Assembly: GCA_000697335.1 (NCBI GenBank)
Contig: JNEM01009158.1
Location: 1-42,711 of the forward strand
Length of the DNA stretch: 42,711 bases
Direction: 5' to 3'
From: Conidiobolus incongruus B7586
Taxonomy: Eukaryota
Part shown: in pieces, positions 12,556-25,506 of the stretch
Numbering within the stretch: position 1 is the first letter of the stretch
Layout of the letters: every line of letters begins with the position of its first letter
Position numbers and translations under genes: made by a program
The notes under the pieces: generated by a model
What the model saw: only the letters and a program-made list of their open reading frames with translations
Database searches by the model: none
Told to the model about the DNA's origin: nothing

Positions 12556-13265
12556 GTATTTAATAAATTCGATATCTCAAACATTATATATAACTTGTAT
12601 AAAAAATTAAATAGCAATGAAGATAAAATTTAAATGATATTAATCAATATTAAAATTAGCTAAATAATCAATTAGAATTGAATTAATAGTAAAATTGAAT
12701 AAAATTAATAAAATTTTTATTGGAATATGAAATATATCAAATAATATAAGTTCAGTTGAAGAAGTGGTAATATTTTTATATTTTAATTCAATATCAATTC
12801 CCTTTAATTTTCATTATCGAATATAAAAACCAATTAATTTCAGTTATCAATTGTGTTATTACAAAAATTAGAATCTTGATAAATCGTAGAATTACAATTG
12901 ATATATATAACTAATTAAATAGTGAAACAACTTTGAATTGTGCTTTATTTTTACTCATCTTGTACTTAAATCCTTATTTTTCCAGTATAATTATTTGACA
13001 TCATAATCATTTTCAATTGAAGTTACATTTCTACTTCCACAAAATTCAACAAAATTATATATATATATATAAATTGCATAATAAATTCTAAGTTTAATAT
13101 TATAATTAAAAAATTATCTGAAGTATTAAAATCATATTTGAATTACCAATTATTCAATAGGTGAAAATTGGTATAGCTATAAAATATTTTATAAAATTCT
13201 TCAAAAATGTTGATTATATATTAAATTAATTGGACTTAACAAAAATCTAATATTTAAATATGATT

Positions 13266-13273
13266 AATCCCAT
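13266..13273 (+). promoter_or_regulatory. AATCCCAT upstream motif (TRAP1)
   Basis: About 90 nt upstream of the ATG. The same oriented motif precedes six other genes. Confidence 0.6.
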
Positions 13274-13364
13274 AAAAATTTCTTCAAAAAATCAAACTAT
13301 ATAAACTTATGTAAATTTAAATTAAAAAAAATATTAATTTTATAAAATAAATAATCATCTCATA

Positions 13365-15398
13365 ATGATTCGCAATAGCTTAAAATTATCACAATTTAAT
13401 AAATTAAATACTAGGCAATATTTAAGAACTTATAATTTGTCCAGATCTGTATACCAACAGGGTATCAGATCTTTGACCACAACAATTCAATTGAACCAAA
13501 AGGAAGCTAAGACTTACGAATTTAAGACTGAAACTCATCAATTGTTAGATATTGTCGCTAACAGTTTGTACTCCGAGAAGGAAGTTTTCGTTCGCGAATT
13601 AGTATCGAATGCCGCTGACGCTTTGGAAAAGGTGCGTCATCAGCAATTAGTAAATCCCGAGCACTGTGCATTGGGAAGTGACGAAACTTTGGAAATCAAT
13701 ATTAGTGTAAATCCTCAAGAGAAGACTTTTATTATTCAGGATAATGGTATCGGTATGAATGAGCAACAGCTTCATGAAAATTTGGGTACAATTGCTAGAT
13801 CTGGTTCTAAGCAATTCGTTAAACAGCTTAATGAAAGTGGAGCTTCTAGCTCTGAGGCCAAGAATAAGATTATTGGTCAATTCGGTGTTGGTTTTTACTC
13901 TGCTTTTATGGTTGGTCATACTTTGAAGGTTTATACCAAGTCTTGTGTCCCCGGATCCAAGGGCTACGTCTGGACTTCCACTGGTAAGGGTGCTTACGAT
14001 ATTGCTGAAGCTGATGATGTTGCTATTGGTACCAAGATTGTCATTGAACTCAAGGACTTGGACTTTGCCAACGATTTAAAGATTAAGGAAATTATTCAAA
14101 AATACTCCAACTTTGTTGGTTTCCCCATCAAGTTGAACGGAGAAGTTGTCAATACCGTTGAACCAATTTGGACCAAGAGTGCTTCTGAAATCACTGAAGC
14201 TGACCACAAGAACTTCTTCACTCAACTCACCAACAACTATGCCAGTCCCCGCTACCATCTCATTTACAAGGCCGATGCTCCTCTCTCTATTCGTAGTGTT
14301 CTCTACATTCCAGAAACCTCTCCCGAATGGCTCGGTATGACTACCAGCCAAACTGGTATCAATCTCTACTCCCGTAAGGTCATGATACAAGCCAAATGCA
14401 ACCACCTCCTACCCAACTGGCTCCGTTTTATCTCCGGTGTCGTCGACTCCGAAGATATTCCCCTCAACTTATCCCGTGAAATCCTCCAAAACGGCGCTCT
14501 CATTAACAAGCTCAAGAGTGTCTTAACCAACCGTGTTGTCAAGTGGCTCATTGAAGAAGAACGCAGAGATCCTGAAAAATTCGAATTATTCTACAGCCAA
14601 TTCCACATGTACATCAAGGAAGGTGTGGTCACTGACGATGCCCACAAAGATTCCCTCATGAAGTTATTACGCTTTAACTCCTCCAAGTTAGATCGCTCCA
14701 AGAAGACCACTTTCCAAAGCTACTTGGACCGCAAGAAGCCCGACCAAAAATCAATCTACTATCTCTGCAGAACTTTTGACAATGTTCAAGACAATCCATA
14801 TTATGAACCCTTTAAGACCGCCGACGTTGAAGTCCTTGTTTTAACTGAACCCATCGACGAAATGTTAATCCAACAACTTGAAAGTTTCCAAGATGTGCCC
14901 TTAGTCAACATCGAGTCTAAGAAGGCCTCTGAAGAAATTCAAGAGCTTTGCCCCACCACATTGTCGGGCGACCGCTTAAGTGATGAAGATGGTCAAACCC
15001 TAGCCGACTGGTTACGCTCCGAATTTGGATCCAAATTAGCCTTAAAACAAATCAACATCAGCAAACGTCAAAGCTCCCACCCTGCACTCGTAGTAGATCA
15101 CGAAGCTCAAAATAATATTTACTTTCAACAATTAATGAAGCAAAGTTTGCCAGCTGGCGAATCTTTGCCCCTCTCACCTGTCACTTTGGAAATCAATACA
15201 TCGCATCCTTTGATCAAAAATCTCTTTGAACTGAAACAAAGTCATCCTGAAATCAGTAAAGATTTGGCCTACCACATCTGCTGTAATGCTAGAATGGCAG
15301 CTGGTGTGATGGAAGACTACAAGCCATTGTTGTCAGGATTGAACAACTTGTTAACCAAGTTAGTTCAATTGAAATTGGATACCAAATCCTCTAACTAA
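13365..15398 (+). CDS. TRAP1: Mitochondrial Hsp90 (TRAP1/Hsp75), 677 aa, intronless
   Basis: Basic/hydroxylated presequence. Hsp90 motifs SLYSEKEVFVRELVSNAADA, DNGIGM, LGTIARSGS, IIGQFGVGFYSAF and GVVDSEDIPLNLSRE. No charged linker and no MEEVD or HDEL. Confidence 0.95.
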   Translation: MIRNSLKLSQFNKLNTRQYLRTYNLSRSVYQQGIRSLTTTIQLNQKEAKTYEFKTETHQLLDIVANSLYSEKEVFVRELVSNAADALEKVRHQQLVNPEHCALGSDETLEINISVNPQEKTFIIQDNGIGMNEQQLHENLGTIARSGSKQFVKQLNESGASSSEAKNKIIGQFGVGFYSAFMVGHTLKVYTKSCVPGSKGYVWTSTGKGAYDIAEADDVAIGTKIVIELKDLDFANDLKIKEIIQKYSNFVGFPIKLNGEVVNTVEPIWTKSASEITEADHKNFFTQLTNNYASPRYHLIYKADAPLSIRSVLYIPETSPEWLGMTTSQTGINLYSRKVMIQAKCNHLLPNWLRFISGVVDSEDIPLNLSREILQNGALINKLKSVLTNRVVKWLIEEERRDPEKFELFYSQFHMYIKEGVVTDDAHKDSLMKLLRFNSSKLDRSKKTTFQSYLDRKKPDQKSIYYLCRTFDNVQDNPYYEPFKTADVEVLVLTEPIDEMLIQQLESFQDVPLVNIESKKASEEIQELCPTTLSGDRLSDEDGQTLADWLRSEFGSKLALKQINISKRQSSHPALVVDHEAQNNIYFQQLMKQSLPAGESLPLSPVTLEINTSHPLIKNLFELKQSHPEISKDLAYHICCNARMAAGVMEDYKPLLSGLNNLLTKLVQLKLDTKSSN

Positions 15399-15689
15399 TT
15401 CCAATTAGAAAAATGAAATTTATATTAATAAATTATTCAAATAATTTTAAAATTAATTAAATTTATAAAATAATTATAAAATAATAAATATAATTGATAT
15501 CATTATTAATCAATTATAATTAATATTTTATATTTTAATTTATTTTTAGTGTAGATATCTGAAGATAGTTTAATTTGATTTTTACAAGTTTTTTTTACAA
15601 TTGCTGACCTAATTTAAAGGACAATAACTGTCTAAATTGGAAATTTTCTCTGTTATCAATTAGAACTAAACACTCCAAATTTACTATAA

Positions 15690-18041
15690 TCCTAAGACCA
15701 ATATTATATTAGTATAATACTCTATAATTTATTACTACAAATGCATCTGATTGGATTCCACCTTAACCAATTTCAAAAACACTTTAAGGCCTCTTTGCGA
15801 ATTCTTATGATCAATGGTGATCGTTATATATCAATTATATGACTCTTCAACCTAACAATGATAAGCAAATTTTCAATTGGTGAATTATTTAAATTTTATA
15901 TTGATAGTTCCCTATCCTCAATATTTCACCACCCTACAATTTTCTAATACCATTGAGTGTTATATCAGTTGTGAAACGATTACTAGGGAAGTAATTTATA
16001 TCCAAAAGCTGTCTCAAATATTGCAAATTTTTGTACAAAATAAAATGGCTAAGATTGGTAATTGGTTAGAGAATGTAATATCTTTTCAAATTGTAACCAG
16101 TGATCCCAGGAATTCAAAATATTGGTTGAATTATTCTGTTAGTGCTGGGTATTGAAGATTAGGATGGATTCTCTAATATTTTGAGTTAATATTAATTGAT
16201 TATTTGATATTAATCTGATTGGTTTACTCCTTGTCGTCTATTCTCAACACTTAGAGCTTGTAATCTTGAGAATTGATATTATTGTAATTAAAATATGGTG
16301 ACAAAAATCCTAAATTCAATATTAATACATATACTGAAAAATCTTCCTAATTTGATAGCAATTACCTTGATAATATAATTTCATGTTACCCAATTCCCAA
16401 TCAATTAGAGGGACGAATTGTACCAATTTCTATACCATTTTCTGCCCTATAATCTAACACAGTATCATTCTAATCAATTTAAATTTGGAATCTAGATAAA
16501 ATCCAGTAGTTAGAATTGGCTATGATGTGGTTGGTGGGATTGTAAAAACTTGAAATGATTTTACAGAATCTACAACAAAATACTAATAAGAGACAATTGT
16601 AGCTACTTGAATGTTAATATTATATACGTTTCGTTCTATAATACTACCATCTTGGGAATCATTAATGTAATTTGATTGTAAAGGTTCAATTTTGATAAGT
16701 TGGTCTATAACCATACTTAAAAACTTCCAAGCGCCTTCAAATCGACCCACCATGTCAAATCTAACTCTACAACCTTCGAATTGGATATCGCCACACTTCA
16801 CTCCGCGTTCGTATTGATTTCTGACCCGACCTTCCGAAATTCTCAAGAAATGTTGGTTTCGTCCTGGATTGCATTAATTATCTACTCATTTTAAAATATT
16901 ATGTTCCAGTAAAGATTGCAAATGTTTTAGATCGATATTGCGTCCATCTGACCTTACAATATTAGATGATATTATTAAACGCAAATTCATTTCATTTTCT
17001 GAAGTATTTGGATACACCCTAACTACATCTGTACCACTATAATGTTTCAACTTAACCAATTCCGATCTTAACCACCTTGTCAAACTGGGACAATGTGTCT
17101 TTATCTGCGACATACTTCCAAACGCACTGCCAATATGATCCAAGGTCGACGGTAGTGCCAAAATATGCAAGCAGATGGGTGTACTATCCTTCCACAATTC
17201 CGGATTCTCGGATTCGAGTTGAATGGAAGTGGTTTGAATGTCTCAAGTGTGGAATGCACCACAGCCAAAGTAGGTCTTTCACAATAAATGGAAATAGAGT
17301 TTTTTGTCAATGATACATTCGAGCCTTGTGAATATGCCGAATAATTTGTAGAAGCTTACGATTCTAAAATCTATAGTAGATATTGAAAGATCTATGGGAG
17401 AGTTTGATACGTAGCTCGCAAAATCTACTAGTGTTAGAGTTTTTGAATAGGGATTACAACTGAATGAATTAATTTTTGTTATATGGGAGTTGATACCGCT
17501 CCAGTTACACTGAGCTAGAAAGCACAATGAATTAAAGCTGGTGATGTTATAATCATTTGTTTCAGCTTCATTATGTTCATACTTCATTTATATCCATAGC
17601 CTTAACATCATTACCACCCCTTAAAACGTACTATCTTACTTCCACTACCGATGTATGATTCTGCATACCCAAAAACAATTTGGCGCCCAGCCTCCATGGG
17701 AAATTCTAGCTAATGAGTTTGATTCCAGCGGTAGCATTACTACAGAATACTACTTGATATTCATTGGATTATCATTACAAAACTGTAGCACCCTCTATCG
17801 AATTGTCTCGATTTCTTCGCCAACTTCAATGGAACAATGAGGGTTTTGTAACCAGAGTTCAGAATTTATGGAACTTGTTATAATTTTGATTGATTGACTA
17901 GATAAAGGAGGTTTTGCAGTATAGTCTGAATACACTTATTTGTAGTTTTTATATTGGATATTCTGTTACAATATTACTTTCCAAACAGTTATTGTAACCA
18001 TATATAAGGTGTTCGGATAAGAATTTATATTTTAAATCCAT
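15690..18041 (-). pseudogene. hxB: Molybdenum cofactor sulfurase pseudogene (PLP class-V domain + MOSC_N + MOSC); 3' end approximate
   Basis: From the ATG at 18041 the fragments read YGYNN...EYP, VYSDYTA, QNPH, EYQVVFCSNATAGIKLIS*NFPW, NHTSV, AQCNWSG, LVDFASYVSNSPIDLS, DFRIVSFYKLFG, CNPG, KCGD, SVKSF...*PILTTGFYLD, TFSNQ, NRF. They are collinear with MOCOS/HxB/ABA3 but contain several stops and frameshifts. Confidence 0.88.
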
Positions 18042-18781
18042 GATACTATGAATTATTATATATAGATTATCAATTATAATATAAAATTATATATTTTTTT
18101 GATATCTATAACAATATTCATTATTCGATTTAAATACTCAAAGGCAACTGATAATCATTTAATGTTTGTCTAATTCTTTAAAATTACCTAATTGATTGGA
18201 TACTTAATAGTATAATATATTAAATGATTTGTAATTTCTAGTAGAATTAGAAATTGAATCAAATGACATAAATTGAATTTCAAGATTTTTTTGAATTTAA
18301 ATACATTGATATAAATTATATCAATTGGATAATATTAAATAAAATTCAAGAATGATGTATTAAATAATGAATAATTTCAAATTAATTTGAATTAATTACA
18401 AAAATATTGTAAAATATTAATTAGAGTGAAAATTTATAATTAATTTGAAAATTAAATTGACAATTTTATAATTTTGAATAATTGTTTAAAATATAACAAT
18501 TTCGAAATATAGATTCAGTTAGAATGACTGATTGATTAATGGGAATATATGCCAATACAAAATGTAGAATTAAATTATTACAATTTGATTTACTTTGAAT
18601 TTTGATTAAATTTGTTGTAAATATTGATTTTGAAATTTTTTAACTATTATAATATATTAAAATGAATATTATTATACTTTAATCGAATTCAAAGTCTAAA
18701 ATCTGTGCGTATAAAATATAATGTATGAATATATTAGAGTTAATACAATTAACCAACGTGATTAGGTGATCCTAGATCAAT

Positions 18782-20085
18782 TTAACTTAAATCCAACTTG
18801 CTAATTTCATCCCAACTAAGAGGAACACACAACATGCCATGAGCGATATTACCTCTCCTACCCTCATCTTCCTGAACAATGACGCCATGATCCAAGAACT
18901 CCTTTAGCAAACTGTTCAACTGTGTTTCATTGCTAATTAGGAATCGGTGCTTACATTGTTGGTATAATTCGCTATAGTGCATTCCCACCTTTGTACTCGT
19001 ATTACCTTCACCATCGTCATCATCATCACTCTTATTATTCTTCGAGGATGTCAAGATACCAAACATTTTTTTAGCTTTATCACTAACCGAATTAATCACA
19101 TGTTGAACCCCAACAATGCTCAATTTATTCTTTTGGCTCTTATCAATTGACAAATATTTAATTTCTTGACGATAACATTGGAAATTAGTGACCTTATGCC
19201 ATATCCAATTGAATTTGGGGAATTGATGAGAATTGAATTGGAGTTGAATGTCCCAGCGATCTACTGAGGCTACTAAATGTACGTTGTTGAGGTTAACAAG
19301 TTGGTGAAGGTAATTCAGATGATGTGCGTTCAGTTTCTTCACTTGATCGATATTGTGAAACACTATCAATATTCTTGTATCATTCTTATGGTGATTTCTA
19401 ATAAATTCCACTTGATCCTTAAGCTGATTAGGAAAAGTTGCCAAATTCAAAATATTACGTATCCAGTCATTTGTTAATTGTTTGAAATTAAAAGTTGGAT
19501 GATTTCCACTCGCTATTAGTAAATGATAATCTTTTTGATTCATAAATTCGCCAAATCGATTGAGCATAAGCGTCTTGGAACCGATACCAAATAATAAAAT
19601 ATGAAAATTCTGTTGGAGTTCGGTCTGCCATTGGTCGAATTGGTCTTGATAGAACCTGTCTATTCTAGGCTCTACACTCTTCAAATCTTTCGTGTAGCTT
19701 TCACTCGATTTATCCAATTCCGATGCAGTCAATTTGGGTACATTAGCCAAAGTGTTATTACTAGTTTTTACATAATTATTAAATTGAGAAAATTGTAAAA
19801 AGTTAAAATCCTAAAGACCAGTCAATGATTGTTGATTAAATTATATAATTAAATTACTTGAATTTCGTAAAAAGTCTTCAAACTATCTTGGACATCTACT
19901 TCTAATTGATCCATGATAAAATTGTCAATTTTCTCAACTTGTTGTTGGAATTTTTCTATAGTCATGGGTTTGTTTTTCTTAGTACTCGATTTTTGGATTA
20001 GTTTAGACTTTTGTTGAGGTCTTACTGCTCCTAGATTTGGGAGATTTTTTGTAAATTGTCTTGTGGAAGATTTCGATGAAGTCAT
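18782..20085 (-). CDS. ORC2: Origin recognition complex subunit 2; exons 20085..19858 and 19810..18782
   Basis: A 47-nt GT-AG intron (19857..19811) joins the two ORFs in frame. Motifs KTSNNTL, FHILLFGIGSK, HNID, HLVASVD, FNWIWH and LLKEFLDH are present. Confidence 0.92.
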
Positions 20086-20220
20086 GTTTGTTTGATTTTT
20101 CTATGGCAGGTATATGATTTTTTTGTTAGGTGTTATTAGATTTGATTATTCAATATTAATTAGGAGTTTGTTGTATTTATTTAAATCAATTTAAAATCAA
20201 TAGTTTAATATAACAATATT

Positions 20221-20228
20221 ATGGGATT
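20221..20228 (-). promoter_or_regulatory. AATCCCAT upstream motif (ORC2)
   Basis: Sense orientation, about 135 nt upstream of the ATG. Confidence 0.6.
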
Positions 20229-21484
20229 TTTGCCAATTTGTCATTTATCAAGTTCAATACTAATTAAACAATCCAATCCAAACTATTTTTTAATGACTAA
20301 AAACATCTATGAGATATTATTAATTGAAAAATTATAAATAATATCAATTGTATCAGTATAAATTCATTCAAGTCTTTAGTATAATTGACTAATATTCAAT
20401 CACATCTATCAATTATTAGCCATTGTTTGAATATTGACAGTCAATTATAAAAATTCAATATGATTTTAATTTGAGGATTTATTTTCTCCCTAACTCCTAT
20501 AAAACCTGATATATACTTAAAAATTTATATATTGTTTAAGAGATTTTTTATATTATATGAATTTCAGATAGTAACAAATAAGTTTCATAATTATCCAACT
20601 TTTTCCAAAAAAATCCAAACATTTAATTTATTTAAAAATTCATGAACTGTATAATTATAATGCTATTATGAGAAATTAAAATAAACAGTTGAAGCTTTAT
20701 TTAAATTATAAAAAACACTACTTTAAATAATAAGTCGATATTCATCAATTCCACTCAATATTTTAATATATTTTCAAAATTTAAATAATTATGAAGCCAA
20801 ATTAAGAAAAATTTTTGAAACAAAAATCATTATAATTGTATATTTTCCTTTGCTTTGATTGTATTATATATCAGATATTCAATTTTTAATAAGCTTATCA
20901 CAAGATTGAATTTTAAATGTTAATTCCTGAACATTGCAATTGTTTTATAAATATCACTGTTAAATAATTGTACTTGATAAATTGATAATTTCAATTATAT
21001 ATTCTATAGATTCAAAGCAGTTTAGTAATAATATTTGATAAGATGTTATTCATATTTTATAAATAAACACATTTGTGTTTTAAATATGAAATTGGAATAT
21101 TATTAATATTATAAACTTGATTAAATATTGGACATTGCACAACCAAGTAAATGTTACCAACTATTCAGTCCTTAACAATATCTCTCTAATAGATAATTAA
21201 TTTATTATAATAATAAAAATATAAAAACTATTAAATAAAACTAATTGTATACGATGAAAATTGTTTCCAAATTTAGTTGATATTTTAAATAATTTATTAT
21301 TTTTAAATCGTAAGATTAAAACTTCTATATATGAAATTCAATAATTAAACTCTTGAGTTTTTATAATAAAATATAATATTTTAAAGAATGAATTAATATT
21401 TTTAAAATATTAGTATTTTATTAAAAGGAAAAAATATTTGAAAATGCAAAAAAACACTATCAATAAAATTAACTCAACTCTATA

Positions 21485-21557
21485 GCCCGGTTAGCTCAGT
21501 CGGTAGAGCATCAGACTTTTAATCTGAGGGTCGTGGGTTCGAGCCCCACATTGGGCG
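21485..21557 (+). tRNA. tRNA-Lys (UUU)
   Basis: 73-nt cloverleaf GCCCGGT...ATTGGGCG, anticodon arm TCAGA-CTTTTAA-TCTGA, GGTTCGAG T-loop, downstream T-run. Confidence 0.97.
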
Positions 21558-22005
21558 TGTTATTAAGTCAATCTTTTTTGAAAGTTTATTTGTTTTTGTT
21601 ATAATTATAAAAATTCATTTGATTGAGTATTAAAAAAACAATTCATAGTTAACGAAAAGAATTTTTGGAAATTTGATATTTTTTATTTGAATTTGATCTT
21701 GGTTTTTTTTTGATATTGATATGATATGATAAAAGATTGAATAAAAAAATTATCTGAACATTTTTAAATTCATCGTATTTTATTGCATTGAATGATTATA
21801 ATATCTTTTTCGGTTAATTCTTATTATATGAAAATTATCAAATCTTAAAACCAATTAAATTTTACCAAAAACTTACAAAAATTGTAAATTGATCAATATA
21901 TTAAATTGATATTACCTATATAAATCATCTTGAAATACATAATTAAAAGTAAAATCAAATTATTTCAAATTAATTATTATATTTTGAATGGATATTGTTT
22001 TTAAA

Positions 22006-25000
22006 TTACATAATGGAACATCCTTCCTGTTCAATCATTGGCCTGATTTGCTTAATATCGGTACGACAATTCAAAAACTCTAAGAGGTCGGGAATGAAGA
22101 ACACTCCCAGGTATCGGGCTTCTTCCTGCACCAAGGCCTTCAGGGCAATTGCGTCATCAATTAGGAACAGATTGGGGATTTCCTTGAGTGCGTCAAATTG
22201 TTTGAGAGATTCGCTCTCTCCGGAGTTGTGCATGTATTGGCTGCAGAAGCTGTGGTAGGCTGAGATATCGGACAGGAGTCGGTAACCCCCCGATGGGTTG
22301 ATAGTGAATTTTTTGATGTGGTCACACAGGATTGTGAACAGTCGGGTCATGATTTCGTCTTTGATTACTGCGAGGGTTTTGCTATCTTGAAAGTTGGTTT
22401 GAATTAGTTGGAAAATAGAACTCAAGTAGTCGATGCAATCTACGCATGCCTAAATATTACATTAGAGAATTATGAGTATAAATAAATTATCAAACAAATA
22501 CCTTTGTAGGTTGTAAACTATCCAATCCATTAGGCAAAAAATCCGCCTTATTCTGACCCTTATGCAAAATATTGATTACTTGATTCATTGTTACCTAAAA
22601 ATTAGCCAATGTTAAATATAAATATATTTAAAAGTTTTAAAGCTCACTTTGATCATTTCGTCTAAACTATTGGTAACCCAATCATCCACCCAAGTCTGCC
22701 AATTCTTCTTAGCAACATTGCAGGGATGAACGAAATCGCCGAAATCGAACCAACCATTCTAATTATTATTAATTAATTGAGAGACCAAAACTCAACTATT
22801 AAAGCTACCAGTTGTTCTTCGAAAAATCTTTCCACTCTGTTACTGATTGCATCAACTTTGCCCATCAGAATAAAATAGTTGGGAATGGCTTGAGGTCGAC
22901 TGGTGTCGGATACTTGTGTTAAAGAACTGAGTAAGGGTTTGAGTGTATTGAAAGCTCTACAATAGATTTAAAAAATAATCCAAGTAAATGATATGAATTT
23001 TGATTACCTCTCTAAGCCCACAAATAAAAACTTTTCACCTAAGAGCTGTAACCATTGGACTGTAATACGTTCGATAGTTTTAGATCTATTTGAATTAATA
23101 ACTATTATAAAGTTTTAATAATATAATAGTAAACTTACAATATATCCTGTGAAGTTTCCGAAAAGCTCAATCTCGAAGTAGTTGTGATTCTATCAAAGGC
23201 TTTGGATGTAGTCTTGAATATATCGTCCGCAATATGAGTTGAAATAAATTTGGGGAAATCGTTGAATTGATCATCTGCCATGGAAGTGTCGGACTGACCA
23301 GAGTGACTCGACTTCGCTGTCTTGTTCATTGGTGTGGAACTGACCGGAATATCAATGAGGGTGGCCTGAGTGATGGAGGGACTCTCCATCGGTTCAAAAT
23401 CCATATCCATGAGACTCACTTGCTCGTGACGACCGTGACTCGCGCTCGCATGCCTTTGCATCGGTTGCGCTGTTGGCACGTCCCAGTCGATTAAACTCAC
23501 ACTGTCATATTTGTTCATTTCGGTATCCAAGTCAAAAATGGTCTCGTCTATATCCACATGGGGTCCTCGACCAATTGGTTGATGTGTTTTTTGGCCCATT
23601 GCTGGAAATTGAAACAATCCCTTGGGAATTGTAGGAAGTGTAATTTTAGGCTTTTGGACAACTTTCCCAAAAAGCCAAAAATTACTTGAATTTGACGATG
23701 CACTCTCTGGTGCTAAAGCTGAGAGCTGTGTATTGATCCAATTATCAACAGCCTCTGCCAGATGATATTTATGAGTCTGTAATTCGTACAAGCATTGCCA
23801 ATGAATGAGTGGCGTCCAATTTCGAATGAAGCAAGTTTTAATTTGTGAATAATTAAATGGATAATCCAACTGAAGACAAAATTCCATAAGTTCATTATAT
23901 CTTTTAAATAATTTTTCAATTAATTCAGTCATTGCAGAAGTTGGAATGGGAAATGGATGATGTTGAGGAGGATTAAAAAGGTGGTCATTTAAGTCAATAA
24001 TTAATAAATGGATATAACGTATTATACAGCTACTGAGGAAAGTTTCGATAAGTTCGCCGTTGAGTTCTGCTAATACCGCGTCATTCTGTAGATTTAAATT
24101 TTTGTGATATTTTAACTGCTCTAACAATTGTTCTTTGTAATATGTGAAAAATTGATCAACGTATGGCATTAAGTTATCTAATTGTCTATAAAAATGAGTT
24201 TATATTAGTCAATAAAGTAATATCAATTCTGTCTATGGTAAAATACCTATATAATTTATATTCAGGAGGACAAAATGACCAATCAATCCAAATGGTATTA
24301 AGCTGAATGAAATACCAAAATCCGTGATTATTTTCGAATTGACTTAAAATTAGTATACATCTCTAATCAACTCAACACTTTAGTTTAAATCATATAAAAT
24401 GATGATAAAGTATTACTTTAATACCGTAATTATCGTCATTATTAAAACCAATTTCCATTAATTTGATTAATTCCATTTTGAAATTTAACTTTAAAGTTTT
24501 CAAATATAATCTCATCTACCACAATATCAAATTTAATTCAATATAATTAAATTTAATAATTATATACCTCATTGGTTTCATTATTCCAATTAACATTTAG
24601 AATTCGTTCCAATTCCAATATATTTTTTACCATATCTTCGTAATTGTCATAATCGTCGCCCCCCAACTCCCATCGGTTTTTGAGTTTAAATATACTTATG
24701 TTCCTATTGTTACAATCCAAACTCAATTGCTGTAGTTCGTAACTGTGACTCCTATAAATTTCTTTAATTTGTATTTGATAACTTGTATCTAATTAAGCGT
24801 TAATTCAAAAATATTTTGTGATTTGTTGAATAGGATTACCTTTAGAAGGTGATATTGACATCTGTAATAATCTCTTTTCCCAAACTTCTTCCGTCTCAAC
24901 CCAGTGTTTCAATTCCCTGGATACAGATTTCAATTTCAATAAGTCACTGATACTCAAATGACTGAGGAGGTGCATCTGACACGGGTGGTCCAACCTGAAT

Positions 25001-25161
25001 ATGGGAGGGGTTGGCGGTGGTTCGTAAATTTCTTCGGAGGGTTTTGACTCATGATTGTTAGGTTTACTTTGTTTGGAAAAAAATTGAGTAGTGGACTTCC
25101 ACCAATTTTTACTGGACTTGGTACTGTCTTTGGATGAAGTACGATTATGTTCATTAGTCAT
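22006..25161 (-). CDS. RCY1: F-box + Sec10-like protein with C-terminal CAAX (recyclin-1); about 10 exons
   Basis: N-terminal F-box (LDHPCQMHLLSHLSISDLLKLKSVSRELK) and Sec10-like C-terminus (HIKKFTINPSGGYRLLSDI...FDALKEIPNLF), ending CSIM*. The exons are joined by short GT-AG introns. Confidence 0.85.
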
Positions 25162-25357
25162 TTTTAATGAATAATAATTTTTTAGGTTAAATATTTTTTA
25201 TTTATTAATGGTTAGTAATTATTTAACAGTTATATTTATTAATGTTGAATTTTTTTTCTATAATTTTGTACAAAATAAAGATATAGTATATTTTCTTTTT
25301 GATTAATTGGATTTTAATAAATGAGAATTTATTTCAGAATTTACTTGTAATTAATAA

Positions 25358-25365
25358 ATGGGATT
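25358..25365 (-). promoter_or_regulatory. AATCCCAT upstream motif (RCY1)
   Basis: Sense orientation, about 195 nt upstream of the ATG. Confidence 0.55.
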
Positions 25366-25506
25366 TATTTCGAGTGACTTAAATACTTTGGAATATTTGA
25401 CTGTTAATAATTAAATGTAGAAATATAGTATGAAAATAATTGATTATTCAGGATTCTAAAGGATACAATTGAAAATGTAGATGAAAAATTAACAATGTTT
25501 TATGAA

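Noticed and set aside
13647..14551. Short ORFs overlapping TRAP1
   Set aside because: Antisense or out-of-frame shadows of a conserved CDS.
15877..17840. Plus-strand ORFs (15877, 17077 with a CxxC, 17655) and separate minus-strand ORFs as independent genes
   Set aside because: All are explained as fragments or antisense of the hxB pseudogene.
21485..21557. tRNA copies as SINE heads
   Set aside because: They are perfect full-length tRNAs with immediate T-run terminators, no tail or TSD, and this copy shares no downstream body with the others.
19277..25154. Small ORFs at 19277, 19601, 21995, 23267, 23713 and 24954
   Set aside because: They overlap ORC2 or RCY1 exons in other frames and have no independent support.
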